IMG/VR virus record: IMGVR_UViG_3300029286_000018
Coordinates: 30,350-94,349 of that record
DNA: 64,000 nt
Direction: 5' to 3' (one strand)
Source: a virus
Shown: in pieces, positions 43,301-55,200 of the stretch
How positions within the stretch are numbered: the first letter of the stretch is position 1
How the letters are laid out: each line of letters opens with the position of its first letter
Position numbers and translations under genes: made by a program
Notes under the pieces: generated by a model
Seen by the model: the letters and a program-made list of their open reading frames with translations, nothing else
The model's database searches: none
What the model was told of the DNA's origin: nothing

Positions 43301-44248
43301 TTCTATGACGCAATGAGAGATTATGATGCTGTTTTTGATGTAATGCAAAAAGCTGGATTTTTCTATGAGCGCAGTAATAGAGACCCCGGATATTTAATAA
43401 ATAAGTTTGTGTCAACTCCTTCTGATAGCGACTATTATGAAATTCCTTATGATGGCTCTAAAATACTTGCAAATGACTATGTGCTTCCCGGTAGCTACAA
43501 CACGATGAATCAGCCTATACTTAGACCAACGGGTGGAAGCGATAAATATTCGGCAATATTAAAGAGATTTGCAGAGATTTCAGGTAAGGTTATTTATTTT
43601 GATCGCAGAGGAGTCATGCATTTCGACATACCACCTGACGAAATGGAAATAATGCAAATGACTGGTAGGAGTAATGGTAGGCCAATGTATGAGGCTCCTA
43701 TCTATGATATATTCTCTCACACATATTCCAGCCCAATGGGGCAAACTATTCCTTGGTGGAATATTGTGACTGGATCATATATTTTTGAAAGAGCCGTTAA
43801 TGATATTGTAAATGAAATAAGAATTATGTCTTCAACTCCAGAGGGTAGTCTGGTGTCTGCTGCTCATATGAATAGGGCATCGCTTTCTGATATCGATTTG
43901 CCAGGGTTTATTGGCTTTAGAAGAACGTTCTTGCAAAAGAGCGGGTATTTTGGTTCTGGCGCAGCTGTTAAGAAGCAGCTTGAAAGATATACTACAATGT
44001 TTAATGCTCCAATTATTGCTAAATTTTCCATACTTGGTAGGGTTGGAATGCAAGCTGGTGAGACTATTTTGATGGATGGTCCAGGATATTCTGGTGCCTA
44101 CAGGCTTTTAATAACTAATGTTAGTAATACAATAAAGCCAAAAGAAAATGAATGGCTAGCAAGTATTGCTGGCAGATACTTTATACCTGGCGAAAAGGTC
44201 AAGTTTACTGGTAGTACAATCAGCCTTGGTGCTGGCACAGGAGGATAA
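40391..44248 (+). CDS. Baseplate hub/tail-tip protein (gp27/Tal-like C-terminal fold)
   Basis: MFTG..LEDYWSIL..AILKRFAEISGKVIYFDRRGVMHF..VNEIRI..FSILGRVGMQAGETI..ITNVSNTI..W pattern of hub proteins. Confidence 0.65.
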   Translation: MADGTDYGWDQSGSALPHNSGVVRIQVTIFPTTVPLRKRVRQHYSYQFNAFTVGQIPSNQLENLETIADEKSGAIGITFKKLDNIEHTICGIPFIDAIIGVSEESGSQNYTNNKPSKPPTYYDKVGGKYYVDDIGDSLYGKNELTKKEHQTFVAAGSLFSTGFMTANDIVSYVANETDPLIYSQKLKFYLSIRPEQSTVRLAETFTVSVRNFQQYIKPAKAAIADSSYIGPNPNGASFFEGTNSDPNNDGGWLKQFLFGTESQGNAPDFNIQQFVGYVGVNNVYIGNFHTQMRNAGISPRPIVRGGIDFNGKFFDAKVKTYSNLPPGVHISFVKALPIFPGEDFTIKFRKLSTDHPIAAIEDEESGTVRWQMRDSYRFIDTGSFHTDSSGNGTGASNDNGIITANFGLCPPAYEGKDGKFNPERRIPKVAGSYYLARQPYVIVEIDGGIENRYFLIIPQDGNVVLVEVTSDFEIVDYVDADGKFTKYLDGSRMPHSRLVHNFNISGGSLLAMDAFSIHFQHFRGMLQIVFDPMQKSQVVSRKRYGVNIPDQLVPSRGLFVDDPSIKDKLNPEVIPIKLAGSVVVHMGHAKMAFNFSPITYPASSTINLSYPVGITNLEGKESAINILLRDSGGFSEDEKGKKKITKTNNSLIKDEFGKAVPGQSAPHYSHQANIMYETLGGSLAPVSYADFSLNQKLCITGPSGSDDPAWGQQYGSLDKPSSIYASYRLTDAKEYVNRIYPYITIESGDMTFSGDSGSYSLKGAIRPICSGFSVFVPEGKKAGWTGIGADVTNNVMEFSDTWDRSDRSFLSHTGNLRFYLNKSDALPILENITAVQTEKGKVTGGVRKAERINSGFLASFGDNTGDQTSLLASLQDKYFYVEVRAWRDPYKTRSHQMGASGDRGNTGPSNVANAFYATYKNNIPDSENTLMFTGLCRKSSYSISESHVEMSCNLEDYWSILDNMTWLNPPFYDAMRDYDAVFDVMQKAGFFYERSNRDPGYLINKFVSTPSDSDYYEIPYDGSKILANDYVLPGSYNTMNQPILRPTGGSDKYSAILKRFAEISGKVIYFDRRGVMHFDIPPDEMEIMQMTGRSNGRPMYEAPIYDIFSHTYSSPMGQTIPWWNIVTGSYIFERAVNDIVNEIRIMSSTPEGSLVSAAHMNRASLSDIDLPGFIGFRRTFLQKSGYFGSGAAVKKQLERYTTMFNAPIIAKFSILGRVGMQAGETILMDGPGYSGAYRLLITNVSNTIKPKENEWLASIAGRYFIPGEKVKFTGSTISLGAGTGG

Positions 44249-44249
44249 T

Positions 44250-44465
44250 ATGGAACGATTAGATGGTATTTCCGCAAAGATATTAGACAATCTTGATGGC
44301 TTGATTAGAGAAAGAATAAATAGTAATTATACAAAAAATTACCATCAAGATAATTTATTTGAAGGTGGTCTTTACGGTGGTGCTCGTAGCGTCACTGACG
44401 TTTCGACTGGCTCAGAAGAAAATCATATGTCTGTTGGCATAAGGTCTGGAACTGTAGGTATGTAA
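44250..44465 (+). CDS. Small tail-tip-associated protein
   Basis: AGGAGG RBS then ATG 44250 (MERLDG); TAATG coupling to the next gene. Confidence 0.6.
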   Translation: MERLDGISAKILDNLDGLIRERINSNYTKNYHQDNLFEGGLYGGARSVTDVSTGSEENHMSVGIRSGTVGM

Positions 44466-47400
44466 TGGCAGGAAAAACACGTCATTTTGGTTTAGCTTAC
44501 TTTGACTATAAGGACAGACTTGACACGTCTGTATCTGTCAAATTGGAACGGGATAGATTCATTACAATTGATGATCAGCTATTTGGCTTATTTAGCATAT
44601 TTGGCAACGGCATCGTTAATGGCTTTAGAATGTCGAGAGACCAGGCAGCGGACGGTCGTTCTGTTTTGTCTATAGAACCTGGAACTATATTCTGTAGGAA
44701 TAGGAGCTACGAAAGCACTGAGACTCAGCAACTTCGTAATTATCCTGTTAACGGAGAATTTTATGTTTATGCAGATATAGTATCTTCTACTACTGGAGCA
44801 AAAGACTTAACCATATATGCATCTCGTTCTGGATCTGATCTTAACGCAGTACGCCTTGCTCGTATCTTAACCAATAATGGCGAAGTTACTACAATAGACT
44901 TTTCTTATAGAAATGAAATTTCTTTTAGAAGAATAATTGAGTCAGCTGTTGCTAATCACAAGCACAATGGAACAGTTTCGAAAATTGATCTCATTAAAGA
45001 AGTAAAAAATGCTCTTCCTGGAGCAAGACTATCTTCAATCGATGCTAACAAAGTTAAATACGGTACGTTCAACAAAGAGCGTATCCCTCAAATTAATCAC
45101 AATGACTTGAAGAATAAGGGTATTGTAAGTCATGCTGGTTTGGAAACTCTGGCAAGAAGCTTGCAAAACGTTAACCGCCAGTTGCTTGGTGAAGTATCTT
45201 CTGTAAATCTAATGAAGCATTCTTTACTTTTGAAGCGTAAATTTCCCAATGAAGCCGAAAGTACCGTTAATATGGTGACTTTTATTCCCGGGATAACTCC
45301 TGATTCCGCAATAGACTTTGCAAATAGTAGTGCAAATATTAGTCTTCCATCCAACTGTATATCTGGTCGTCAGGCAGCTGGTGGAAGGCAAATATCTGTT
45401 AAATACTTTGGCACACAAGCTTTAAGTAATTACTCTTTTATAAATAATTGTTCTGTTGGTCAAGACGTTGTATTTTTGAATAGTACAATATCTAGCTCTA
45501 CGGTTCAGTTTAAAGATAGCTTTGAAAATGCAACCGGTTCAGATAGACCGTTCCCAGGATTAACTGCTCAGGCAGAAACTGTAGATAATAAAATAACAGT
45601 TAGGAGTGACGGCTATAATATTGTGAGTGGTTTATTTTCTGCTCGCTTTACTTCTGGCAAAAAAGATAAAGCAGTTTATAGACGCACGGTGACTACGCAA
45701 AATAATTGGACATCATTCAACAGGCTTTTTCTTTCTGTAAAGTGCGCCCAATCTCCACATCCGTCTGTATTGTTTTATGTAGTAAACAAGAATGCTGATA
45801 ACACAACTACTGAAAGCGAAAAAATTCAACTGTTAGCAACGGATGAAGTTACGTTAAACCCGCAGGTAAGTAATTTTAAGTTAGTGGAAATCGACATCAC
45901 TGAATATACAAAAAACAATATTCAAGAACTTGTTTTTGAAGTGATAGACGCAAGCACTGAGTTTATATTTTATATTGATGACATAAAGACATCTTCTGTC
46001 TCTACTTCCGATATTAGATATGCGTCAACAGGAAGCGTCAGATATAGATATAGTGCCCCAACTCAGGTTGTTTTGGAGACAATCATTTTTAGTGTTCAGC
46101 AAGAAGACAATACTAGTGTGCAGTGTAGATTTAGAACAGGTGCAAATATAATTGAGCTTTTGAACGCTTCTTTCTCTGGGGCAACTGCTTCTGAAGATGT
46201 GATAGGTACTCCTTGTAATCTTGTAGAAGTTGAATTTACTTTGCGAAGTAATGAAAGCCAGACTGCTACTCCTAAGGTTAAAGATCTTACTCTTATTTTA
46301 GTGTCTCAAGGTGGAGAAAGAAGAATTGAAGTTAATTCTCTGCAAGAATGGCAACAAGGCTCGTATGCAAATGTAGAGTTTTTTCAAGAGTCAAATGATA
46401 ACGACTATGGGCTAAGAATTAAAACTCCGCTCGAAACAAATCATATTATTTATTCTTCCAATAATTATGTCCAGCAAATTAAAAATGCTTTTGCAAATGT
46501 GCCTCCTAGCGAAGCAAATTTGAGTATATTTGGTTATAATGGATCGTCCTTGCTACAATGTCCTCAGCAAATAGTATCTTCTACTGCGAATAATCCAGCA
46601 AGTGGATTTGATCAGCCAAGTAGTGTACAAAGATTGGACAATAGAAATTATTTAGTTTGCGACACTTTTAATCATCGAGTTCTTGAGATAGACAGAAGTG
46701 GTGGTTTAGTAAAAGGATTCGGTGGTGCTTATGTAGTCGAAAATGCGACTCAAGGAGGATACGTCCCTTTGTGCGCAAACTTGAATCTACAAACGGGAAT
46801 GTTACAAATATGTTTTGATACAGATTTTGCTTCTCGAGATGTAATTAACATACAATATTTGACAATAGTGATAGGTCAAACAGAGTTGAGGCTCGGAGAT
46901 CTTGACAAAAACTCAAATGATAACGTACCTAAAAATGTGGTACAGATTAAATTGTCTGATCAAAAAGTTCAGATTCTTAAAGACACAAACATTTCTATAT
47001 TTATTAAACTTGATCCAAGATTTATTGGGGAAGAAACGTTTAATACAGAATCTGCAACTTATAGTATTGCATATGGGATAAGTGGCTTGCGCTTGACAAA
47101 GTTTAATTTTACTTATGTCAAGCAAATATTCCACCCTATAGCTGCTATTGAGTATAGTAGTACTGATTGGGTTGTATGTAATAGTTTAATACGATTTGAT
47201 AGAATTAGGGCTGGGCTAAGACAGGATATCGATGAATTTTTCTTACCAAGAAGTGTTGACTCAACTTTTTATATTATAGCTACTTTGTCCAGCGAGTTGC
47301 AGAACCAAGACGTACAAGTTGTATTCTTGAATGATCCTGACGCTGCACAGTCTGCAAATGAAACTTCTGAAAATGTTATAGTTACAAATAGTAATAATTT

Positions 47401-48133
47401 AGGATTCTCTGGACCCATTACGGTAAAAACACAAAGCAATATAAGCGCTAAGGTTACAGTTACCCCCGAGGCAGGAATGTCTGGCCTAGACTTTACCTTT
47501 ACCTTTAGGGTTGTGGTTAAAGCTTATGACAGCGTGACAAATAGATATTTGCCAATAGCTGGCTCTCCATTTAGAATAGAGAAAAGAATACATATAATAC
47601 CGCAGGGTACCACAGAAGGATCTGCTCAGTCTCCAGAGCTTTCATCTTTAATTAGATTTAATACAGCCACTATGCAAACCGAATTTGCTTTTGGAAAGGC
47701 TGACCAGTTCACTTTTAGTGACTTCACGCTCGGTGGGGTATATAAGCTATCTGATGGTAGATTGCTAGTCGGTGGTATTCAGAAAATTCCAACAGAGTTA
47801 CAATTTGATACTTCTCCACCTAATGATGATGGTTTTAGATCTCAGGCTTTCAATCTTTTGAAAACTTATCGTGGAAAAGTGTATTCGATAAGCTCAATAG
47901 ATAGTTCGGTTACTTTTAACTATGATAGTCCAGATGGGTTGTTTGTAAGTGATTGTTCTATGACATCTGATGGAGATGTGCTGGTTGCTGAGTCTTCTAT
48001 CGTGCAAAATTCTGGCAGGACGATAAAGATCGATGGATTCGGGAATATAAATTATGTGTTGTCTAATGGACAGTTTAGTATAATTAACCATGCAAGAGAA
48101 TCAGGCTCTGGCCACATTATCATCAGCACCTAA
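44465..48133 (+). CDS. Tail fibre/tip protein with CBM-like jelly roll and NHL/beta-propeller repeats
   Basis: N-terminal FGNGIVNG..LSIEPG attachment-like region; NWTSFNRLFLSVK..FYIDDIK (CBM11-like); FDQPSSVQRLDNRNYLVCDTFNHRVLEIDRSG (NHL-like). Confidence 0.65.
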   Translation: MAGKTRHFGLAYFDYKDRLDTSVSVKLERDRFITIDDQLFGLFSIFGNGIVNGFRMSRDQAADGRSVLSIEPGTIFCRNRSYESTETQQLRNYPVNGEFYVYADIVSSTTGAKDLTIYASRSGSDLNAVRLARILTNNGEVTTIDFSYRNEISFRRIIESAVANHKHNGTVSKIDLIKEVKNALPGARLSSIDANKVKYGTFNKERIPQINHNDLKNKGIVSHAGLETLARSLQNVNRQLLGEVSSVNLMKHSLLLKRKFPNEAESTVNMVTFIPGITPDSAIDFANSSANISLPSNCISGRQAAGGRQISVKYFGTQALSNYSFINNCSVGQDVVFLNSTISSSTVQFKDSFENATGSDRPFPGLTAQAETVDNKITVRSDGYNIVSGLFSARFTSGKKDKAVYRRTVTTQNNWTSFNRLFLSVKCAQSPHPSVLFYVVNKNADNTTTESEKIQLLATDEVTLNPQVSNFKLVEIDITEYTKNNIQELVFEVIDASTEFIFYIDDIKTSSVSTSDIRYASTGSVRYRYSAPTQVVLETIIFSVQQEDNTSVQCRFRTGANIIELLNASFSGATASEDVIGTPCNLVEVEFTLRSNESQTATPKVKDLTLILVSQGGERRIEVNSLQEWQQGSYANVEFFQESNDNDYGLRIKTPLETNHIIYSSNNYVQQIKNAFANVPPSEANLSIFGYNGSSLLQCPQQIVSSTANNPASGFDQPSSVQRLDNRNYLVCDTFNHRVLEIDRSGGLVKGFGGAYVVENATQGGYVPLCANLNLQTGMLQICFDTDFASRDVINIQYLTIVIGQTELRLGDLDKNSNDNVPKNVVQIKLSDQKVQILKDTNISIFIKLDPRFIGEETFNTESATYSIAYGISGLRLTKFNFTYVKQIFHPIAAIEYSSTDWVVCNSLIRFDRIRAGLRQDIDEFFLPRSVDSTFYIIATLSSELQNQDVQVVFLNDPDAAQSANETSENVIVTNSNNLGFSGPITVKTQSNISAKVTVTPEAGMSGLDFTFTFRVVVKAYDSVTNRYLPIAGSPFRIEKRIHIIPQGTTEGSAQSPELSSLIRFNTATMQTEFAFGKADQFTFSDFTLGGVYKLSDGRLLVGGIQKIPTELQFDTSPPNDDGFRSQAFNLLKTYRGKVYSISSIDSSVTFNYDSPDGLFVSDCSMTSDGDVLVAESSIVQNSGRTIKIDGFGNINYVLSNGQFSIINHARESGSGHIIIST

Positions 48134-49238
48134 AGTAGATTATTATTCTTTTCTTGCACCAACTGGGTACACTCAGGCGGCTATGGATAATTTAAAGTCT
48201 ATGCAAGTGTCTGGCGTAGATATTGCTTTGCGTTGTGTTCACGGCAAAATGGTTGGCACAGGTTTCTCTGTGGCGGAAAGAAACTGGCTAGCAAGTTTGT
48301 TGTCTAAAAAACATTTAGGTATTGACGCCCAAATAGTCCATGCCATACCTCCACGATGGAACGTGATTCCTAGTAGCTCAAAAAGAATAGCTTTATTTGT
48401 TTTTGAAAATGAAGTCATTCAGCCTGCTTGGATCGACCAGCTCTCTAAGTGCATGGGGGTAATTGTTCCGTCGAGATTTAATCTTCATTCTTTACAAAAA
48501 GCAGGATTAAAAAATGTACATCTAGTTCATCATGCAGTGGATGTAAATATATGGAATAATGATATAAAGTCTCCTAGAATAGACGAATATAAGAAAATTC
48601 GAGTAATTACAGTTGGAACTTGGCGTCAAAGAAAGAATTGGAAATTAATGGTCAACTGCATGGCTGAAGCATTTAAGTCATTAGAAAATTTAGAATGGAC
48701 CATTAAAGTGGATAAAATCAATCCCGCAACTACTGAGATCAAGACTTGGCTGTCTGAATTAGGATGTCCTGATGTCTTGGGCACAAAAATTAAGATTGAT
48801 TCTAGAATATTGGACGAGGCATCTATTGCTCGCTTAGTTGGCGCTCATGACATCTTGTTGAGCGCCTCACTAGGGGAGGGTTTTGGACTTCCTGCCCTTC
48901 AGGCGTCCTTCCTAGGGCTTCCTGTGGTGTGTCCAAGGCATGGCGGCTATGAAGAGTTTTTCGATCCCATGTCTTATTTTGAGATAAAGGCATCTGGTTT
49001 TTCTAAAATACCTAAAATGGATAATCTTCCGCAATTCGATAATTTAGAGTGGCCAATATATGACAAGGATTCGATATTAGATGCCTTGTATTTATGTATA
49101 GGAAATCTCCCAAAAGCTAAGGAGCTTGCGCGTATTGTAGCAGAAAAAGCTGCTCAAAAGTTTAATCATAAAACTATTGGTACGTCATTTCTAAATGTTA
49201 TAAGTTCTTTCGATGCTATCACCAGTAATAAAAATTAA
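48090..49238 (+). CDS. GT4-family glycosyltransferase within the tail-fibre cluster
   Basis: PTGYTQA, VIVPSRF, RQRKNW, HDILLSASLGEGFGLPALQASFLGLPVV. Confidence 0.85.
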   Translation: MQENQALATLSSAPKVDYYSFLAPTGYTQAAMDNLKSMQVSGVDIALRCVHGKMVGTGFSVAERNWLASLLSKKHLGIDAQIVHAIPPRWNVIPSSSKRIALFVFENEVIQPAWIDQLSKCMGVIVPSRFNLHSLQKAGLKNVHLVHHAVDVNIWNNDIKSPRIDEYKKIRVITVGTWRQRKNWKLMVNCMAEAFKSLENLEWTIKVDKINPATTEIKTWLSELGCPDVLGTKIKIDSRILDEASIARLVGAHDILLSASLGEGFGLPALQASFLGLPVVCPRHGGYEEFFDPMSYFEIKASGFSKIPKMDNLPQFDNLEWPIYDKDSILDALYLCIGNLPKAKELARIVAEKAAQKFNHKTIGTSFLNVISSFDAITSNKN

Positions 49239-52200
49239 CGATTTTGACTCTATTAGTGGCCTAGTCAGCGCTTCTTTAATCAATTTAGATTATAAGAAAA
49301 CATATAAGTTTGAATTTTCTAATATTAATTTTAATGTACTTAACGGTAGAATTTCTACAAATGTTCCAGATCTGGAAAAAATAGAACAACGCTCGCAAGT
49401 TGATTTTTCATTTAATGTAAAAAATGATGAAGACAAGTTTTTGTTTTGCAAGATATATGAGTGGGACCTTGACATGTGGAAAGAGGTCCATATATCAACT
49501 GCAGTCGTCTCAGAGCAAAAAATTATTTCTGTAGACTCTAACCTTATTCAGATAGAACAACCATATGTTGGTCCAAATGATAAAATAAGTGTTATAATTA
49601 AAGCCGAATCCGAGCACAGATACGATGTCAGAATTGACAAGAAAACTTTTGGTATTAAAACAGACAAAAACGGTGTCGGAAAGTTACTTGTCAATACAAT
49701 TAATGCCGTTGACTATCCAACATATATTGGCAAATTTGTTAAGAAAATTTCTTGCAGCCTTATAGATACTGTAAAAAAAGAAGCAATATCTTTGGCTGAA
49801 TGTGAATATGTCCCAGAGAATTTATATGCATTGGCGGCGACTAACGACCCTAATAGACCAAGCTGTGTAATACTAGATCCTGATCCAGTCGCTGTGTTTT
49901 CTGTTAATACTGATGCATTTAACGCTCAGTGTTTTCCTCAGCCTCTTGTTGGTTCTGCATTTACTACAAGTGGTTCTAACTTTGCGAATACTACTCGCCT
50001 TGATGATAGTTATATAAACTGCAATGATGGCTATGTCAGTTCAGCAAAAACAGTTGTTGATTCTTCTTGCAAAATATATCATCAGCCTCGCATGGCTCGT
50101 ATAGCTCCTGCTGTTTCCTCAGAAGCAGATCTAAGGCTGAATTCGCTTTATGGTTCAGGAAGTAGTCCAATTGATAAATCTGCGTGGTCATCTCGTCCAA
50201 TTGGATTTGTCTATAGTTCTTGTGATGCTAATGCAAATTCAGAGAATGTAAGTGTTGATCCATGCTCTTTTACTTCTCAGGAGATAAAGAAGATACCTAG
50301 AATCTTCCTTGGCTGCACCACAGATGCTACAAATGTGAAAATATTTGGTCTTGCTAGAGGGATTTTAAAGGCTCCTCCTGCTTATTTTCATAGCATTCTG
50401 GTTGGAGATCCATCTGTTGTTTCTGGAGTATTTGAAGACGGAGACATAGTAAACGTAGTTTTTGATCTTCCTTCTGGGGAAAGAATTTCTAAATCTTTAG
50501 AATATCAGTCGTCAACCTATTCGTCTTTGGCTGCATTTATAACTGCATTTGCTTCTGAAATATCTTCAGATGAAAATATAACTAATGCTGGAATTAGCGT
50601 AAGAGTTTATACAGATAAATATAGAATTGACGTTTATTCTGATACAAAGTTTAATATATATGCTGGTCAAGTTAATTATGTTGACAGTGAAACTGGTAAT
50701 TATAAGACTAATAACAAAATTTATATTATAAGAGATTCAAAATATACTTTTGATTTTGAGATAACAAGTCCAGTAAATTATGATGATATAAAAACTTTGC
50801 TTTCCTCTGGCGCTACTCATATGCTTTTCTTGGACAGTCAGTTTAAAGGTATGACAGTTTCTATTACGCAGTCTGAAGATAAGGGAACAATTGTACTCGA
50901 TACATGTCCAAGAGTTACTCAATCTCGTCGTGGTCTCGGAGCTTTTGTTGTGTCAGAAGACACTAATTGTGTCCATGTGGCATTAATAAACGACTCAAGA
51001 GTTTCTGATGATGACGGAACAAAAGTTACTGCATTGCCATTTGCGCGTAATAGTTTTAATGAAGTAATTCCATCTTCGAATCCTGTTATCACAAAATTCG
51101 GTCACGTATTTTGTCAGGCCTTGATTGACAATAAGTGGCAAATATTTTCTTACTTCCCTAGTTTGAGCGACTCTCCGTGGTTGCAGTTAACTTATAATGG
51201 AGAAAATAGAAACGTAAGCGCATGTTCTGATGGCTTTGGAAATGTTCATTTGTCTTGGGAGACAGACAGATATGGGTATACTTCTGTGCAGTATGCGTGT
51301 ATCGGTCCTTCTTCTAAGCTTATCAATCGACTCAGCTTATCTGGAATGATATCCAAGCAATTTGTAGATGAGTTGTATGAAAAAACGTTTACAATCAATC
51401 CTTTAGAGAGTGCTGTTAATTTTGTCCAGCAAAGTTCCGCCAATATAAGTTTGATTCCAGAAACAAGTTTAATTAGTCTAGTAGAAGGTGCTCAAATAGG
51501 TGGAGGTAGTTTCAGTATAGCTAGAGAGTTTACTGGATATGTGCGCATAGAAAAAGACGAATTTAATGCACTTATCACAGAGAATCGCAGCGTCAAGCTT
51601 GGCTTTGTTGATTGGGGCCTAAAAGTTCAGCCAAATATAAATTTAGGAGATTATTGCACTAGCTATCTCGTTCACTTTGAACAAGTGGGAACAGAGACTG
51701 GACAGACGCTAAGCTCATTATTCTCAGCAAAATTTAATGGTAAAATTTTAAGAGTATTTGCTTCTCCTACTGATTTTGGATTATCTTCTAAGTATTTTAG
51801 GTCAAATAGAATTTCTTACCCATCTAATTCAAGCGTAACATTTGACAACAATGGGCTTGTTGAGAGTGGGTCCATATCTGTTGGTTCTGATGAGACGACA
51901 TTAGATTTTTCTTTTTCCTATCTAGATGGGGGTGGAACGGGACCGCTTGAATTTAGAGTTCTGGTGGAAGGTGTAAAAAATCAATCTTCTATTGAGCAAT
52001 CTAATTGGAATAGAATATTCTCAAACAATGGTCGAGTCAGTGTGTCTGAGGATACAGCTGTATGTGTAGAATGTGCGCCTAGTAGTGACTGTGCCGTTGC
52101 AACCTTGTCTGTATCTCAAGATCATAATGGAACATATTTTCAGGGCCAAGAAGCGGAAATTAATATATCTGCTCATGCGCTTTGCAGTATTGGACCTAAA

Positions 52201-55200
52201 TCAACTGACAAGATATCTCCAATAGGATTTGGCATACAAGATGTTTTTGAGAGTGACTACATGGATTTGATTGAGCGCACCGGTGGTTACAGTAGTCCAT
52301 GGGATTTGATTAGTCAACCAATACATTATGTATCAGAATTTTCTGGAGAGCCAGGCTTTACGCAGACAAGGCAATACGCATCAAAGTATAAAGATCAGTC
52401 AAATTCTCCGATTGTAAGTTTTGAAGATAATGACAATAGATATTTCCCTGGATTCTTTAATAATTCTAAGGTGCAGTCATTTACTGTATCTATTAATGCA
52501 GGTTTTCTTGTAGATAATGTTGTTAGAGAAATTTCCTTTCAACATCCTATTTTGGCTCTTTACATTGATCAGACTGACTTGGATTCAACCGATCTTTCTC
52601 TGGGGAATGGATCAGCTAATCGTGCAAATCTGCTGCCAGATCAGGGTGTTAAGATAACGGTCAACAAATCAAGAACTACACTCAAAGTTTCAATGCCAGC
52701 AGCCATTGAAGTAGATTTTAGTATTCGTGTAGTTGTTTCTTCCGAGCAATTTGACTATCCATTTGAAATAAAAGATGACAAGAAAATTAATGGATTGTAT
52801 AGTGACTTTTTAAATGGTTTTGTAAAATCACCCGATGAGTCTTACTTGTTGGCAAATAACAAGTTTACTATTAGCTCTACAGATAAGCGCTATGATGAAA
52901 TCATTCCTTTACTTGGATTTTTAAAATATGATGATATCAATATAAATCCAAATGCATATGCTGCTAACTTTAATAATTTAACTTCTATTATCTATAACGT
53001 AGATGACATAGACACCACAACATGTAGCGATCTGGTGTCTCAGGGCACATACAGACTGGATGATCAATTTAATCTTGATGGAGATGATGCACATGTGCAT
53101 CATGCATATGTTTGCGTAATTCCAGAACGTGTTTCATTTATGGCTAGAAATAATGAGACTCTTGATGAATATGTTCTTAGAACAAAATCTATAGCTGGTT
53201 ATAGAGAGGCGATTGTCAAAGATGTTTACACTGGATATGGAAAAGTATTTATCATAAATAATAGTATTTCTTCTTCCAGCAAGAGAACTAGCATATCTCT
53301 TGGTACAACAACAAAAATATCAGATCTTCCATCTGTTGATTTATCCGGCTCTTTTAGAGTACAAGTTGATGGAAATTATTCAAGACTAAGCGAAGAAGAT
53401 AAAAAGCTTCTTTCTAATTGGTCGTATCCATCTAGTGATGTCTTTTATCCATCTTCTAAGTCACATCCGAATTACCATTTTATGTGTAATGTTTACATAA
53501 ATGATAAGCCAATACTTTCTCATAATGCTCAAGTCGATTTGGGCGACAAAACGCGTCAATGGGAGGTTGGGTTTGGCTCACCATTTGGTCAGTACCCTGT
53601 TTGTAGAAGCTCTGATGCAAGTTTCTTAGACTTGATGTCTAATAAAAACTGGTCAATTGATTATTCTGATATTAGAATTGGGAATCCAAGAGTTATAGTT
53701 GATCCACGCATCACGGACGCTAGTGCCATAAATGTTTCTAGTGTATTTATTTCAAAATTAGTACCAAATTCTGATTCGAATGTGCAAAACGAGTCTTTTG
53801 CTCAATCTCTGATTGACCCAGGCGATTGGGTTTCCCTTGAGCATGGCAGCTTACTTATTGATGGATGGGAGACATTCAATGGAGGCGCAGTATACGTTGG
53901 TTCTTACACTGCATACACTCCAAGTAAGCGTTCAGTTCTTCTTGAATCATGCATGATATATAATGATAGCTCCCCTGTCAGTTATGCATCATATCCGCAA
54001 TACAAGTCTAGAAGAGGAAGAATTTCTACTGGACAACATGGTGGAATTAACCAAACGGCAGGGACTTTAAAGCCAAATGAAATGCATCAAATATCTTTGA
54101 CGACTGGTATGCGTCAGGTGCAAGAAAGCTATCCTAAGCTGCAAAGATCTATTTTAGTTCAGGCTGATACATCAGTATTTACATGCAGGCACACTCCTGG
54201 AGTAGGCGAATTTGTTGGCCCAAATTCACAGCTTGACTATAAGACATTTAGATCATCTTTCATTCCAAGTTCAAGTAGTTTTGATGTGTATATAAGAAAT
54301 GTTTCAGAAAACCTGAATAATTTATTTTCTTACTTTCCGCTCAACACTGTTGACTATACCGAATCATATGGAATTGACCCGTTCACAGGTCACGAGCAGG
54401 GCGCTTTGACAAAAGATGTTATATTTTATGTGGATGCTAGTGGAGTGTTAAAGCTTTATCAATCGTACTCTGGGGCAAGTGGGTTAATTGTAACGGAAGT
54501 TGAATTGTCAGATCCTCTTGAAATTGTCGCAGTTGATTCTCGCATTAAGTATACAAGTGAAACTAGTCAAAATCCATTCTGTGTTGCAGTGACTTACAGC
54601 GGCTTTTTGCAAAGTTTTACTTACGATGGAACAGAAAATAATATACCTAACTTTGTAAATCAGTCAAATTTACCATCCGCACAAGGTTTTGTCTCTGTTT
54701 CTCTTGGATATGACCACGCATGCGCACTAAAGTCTGACGGTACAGTTGTATGTTGGGGTAGTAATACGTATGGTCAAACTGCAGTGCCATCTGGCTATAA
54801 GTTTGTGCAGGTAAAAGCTGGTCAATATTTTACAATTGGCATTAATGAAAGCGGAGATATTATTGCTTGGGGCAGAAATAACCATGCTCAAGTGTCTCCA
54901 GTGCCATCTGGCAAGTTTGTAAAGATTGATGCAGGCGCTGAGCATGCAGTTGGCATTAAGTTTGACGGAACTGCTGTTTCATGGGGAAGAAATGCAAATA
55001 CCGGTGACCTTGTCGATCCTACAGTAAAATTAATTGATGTTGCGGCTTGTGGCGGAAATATGTATAGTCTTAGCACATACTCAGATTCATCATCTTCATC
55101 ATCTTCTATGGGGACTTATAACGTTGAGCCATTCAATGTCGGTATTGATATAAATGGAAATGTTATTAAGTGGGGTATGTGGAATGATGCATTTACAGCT

